Positions 62,950-64,000 of a stretch of 64,000 nucleotides of DNA are shown in pieces (within the stretch, counting starts at the first letter, position 1; every line of letters starts with the position of its first letter). Source of the DNA: Takakia lepidozioides (lineage: Eukaryota; Plantae; Bryophyta); the NCBI GenBank assembly GCA_030704615.1, contig CM060731.1, forward strand, positions 48,298,001 through 48,362,000. Direction: 5' to 3'. The position numbers were made by a program, and so were the translations under genes. A model generated the notes under the pieces. It made no database searches. It was not told the origin of the DNA and saw only the letters and a program-made list of their open reading frames with translations.

Positions 62950-64000
62950 TTAGCAGCGCTGGGCAAAAGGGCCGGGTGTCCCAGTCCAACCGTCCACGCA
63001 TTTGAGAAGAGGACCCACAAGCTTGCCTTGGGAGATGGCATTGTACACCTTCTCAATCTCTTGACCAGGAGACACAGTCCTCAAGCCTGATAGCAACTGG
63101 GTCCCTAATTCTGACCTCACAAATCTGTAGAGAGGGTATGTCCTGCAGTCTTCAATCCGGTTTGGCACTGCCGAATACCCCTTGTTATCGTACGACTCCC
63201 GGACCAAAGGTACAGCAATGTTCAGGCGCGTCTTCAACTCCTCTTCAAAGATTGCAATCCTGTGGAACACTGATGTAGTCTCCGATTTTTCATTCTTGGG
63301 GTTTTGGAGCGCATGACTCACCAAGACTTCCCTTAGTTTCTGCATCAGGGGGTAAGTTTCACTGCTGGCATCATCGATGTAGCTGAATACAGGCTGGCGA
63401 TCCACCAGGCTGAGAAGGTCCTTCTCGCAGAACCGTGATGGCAAAAGTGCGCCGTTACTGCCTGTGAAGAGCGTCTTCTTGGCGACGTGGGAAACAATTT
63501 GCCTCACTGTCGTCTGCATCGTCTCCTCGATGTGGCGAAGGTCCACGGCCTGGCAGAGGCCCACCAAGAAAGTGGAGCTCATAAGCTTCAGAATCTCAAT
63601 AGATTCCTCGGTCTTTCTTGCAGACACTAAACCCAGCGAGTTGACATCCTGGTTGTGCTGCTCAGCACTTTGCACGTGGGTGGTCACTGGGTTGGCTAAG
63701 TAGTTCAACTCCGAGAGGTATGAAGCCATGGCGATCTCCCCGCCCTTCATTCCGTAGTCCAGACTTGGGTTAGGTCCTCCACTGAGGTTTGAAGGAAGCC
63801 CATTGTTGTAGTAGTCGTTTACCAGCTCAGAGAACTGTGCAAACATGAGCTTCCCAATCGCAGCAACGGCCAACCGCATGTTGTCCATGGAGACTCCAAT
63901 GGGGGTTCCTTGGAAATTCCCGCCATGCAGGGCCCTGTCCCCGGCAGCATCAATGATTGGGTTGTCGTTGACAGAGTTGATTTCTCTTTGAATGGCATGT
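62950..64000 (-). CDS. PAL: PAL copy 3, 3' half (5' end beyond window), frame intact
   Basis: Open frame from the window edge ([14 protein letters not shown]) to stop; lacks both deletions of copy 2. Confidence 0.97.
   Translation of the reverse strand, partial: HAIQREINSVNDNPIIDAAGDRALHGGNFQGTPIGVSMDNMRLAVAAIGKLMFAQFSELVNDYYNNGLPSNLSGGPNPSLDYGMKGGEIAMASYLSELNYLANPVTTHVQSAEQHNQDVNSLGLVSARKTEESIEILKLMSSTFLVGLCQAVDLRHIEETMQTTVRQIVSHVAKKTLFTGSNGALLPSRFCEKDLLSLVDRQPVFSYIDDASSETYPLMQKLREVLVSHALQNPKNEKSETTSVFHRIAIFEEELKTRLNIAVPLVRESYDNKGYSAVPNRIEDCRTYPLYRFVRSELGTQLLSGLRTVSPGQEIEKVYNAISQGKLVGPLLKCVDGWTGTPGPFAQRC

Overview
Eukaryotic nuclear DNA, most likely from a non-seed land plant (inferred from the intronless bryophyte-like PAL, abundant PLS-type PPR relics and a Tcn1-like Gypsy). 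The only clearly intact host gene is an intronless phenylalanine ammonia-lyase (PAL, 7766-9946). It lies in the left arm of a ~9.5 kb inverted duplication (2634-12135 / 29893-39489) whose right arm carries a second, frameshifted PAL; a third PAL runs off the right edge. The rest is PPR pseudogenes and a pile of truncated transposons (Copia, Gypsy, hAT, LINE, SINE, CACTA-like). Two regions stand out. (1) At ~14.75-25.45 kb a CACTA/EnSpm-like transposase is flanked by a mosaic of captured host exons with intron flanks (F-box, NDUFAF5 x4, RPS25, NAA40, CBL x2), all pointing inward. (2) At ~50.4-58.1 kb a symmetric transposase-less element bounded by palindromic subterminal arrays carries an atypical protein kinase, three consecutive long fold-back hairpins and two orphan ORFs. 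All comparisons were made by eye; family assignments are from recalled motifs and need database confirmation.
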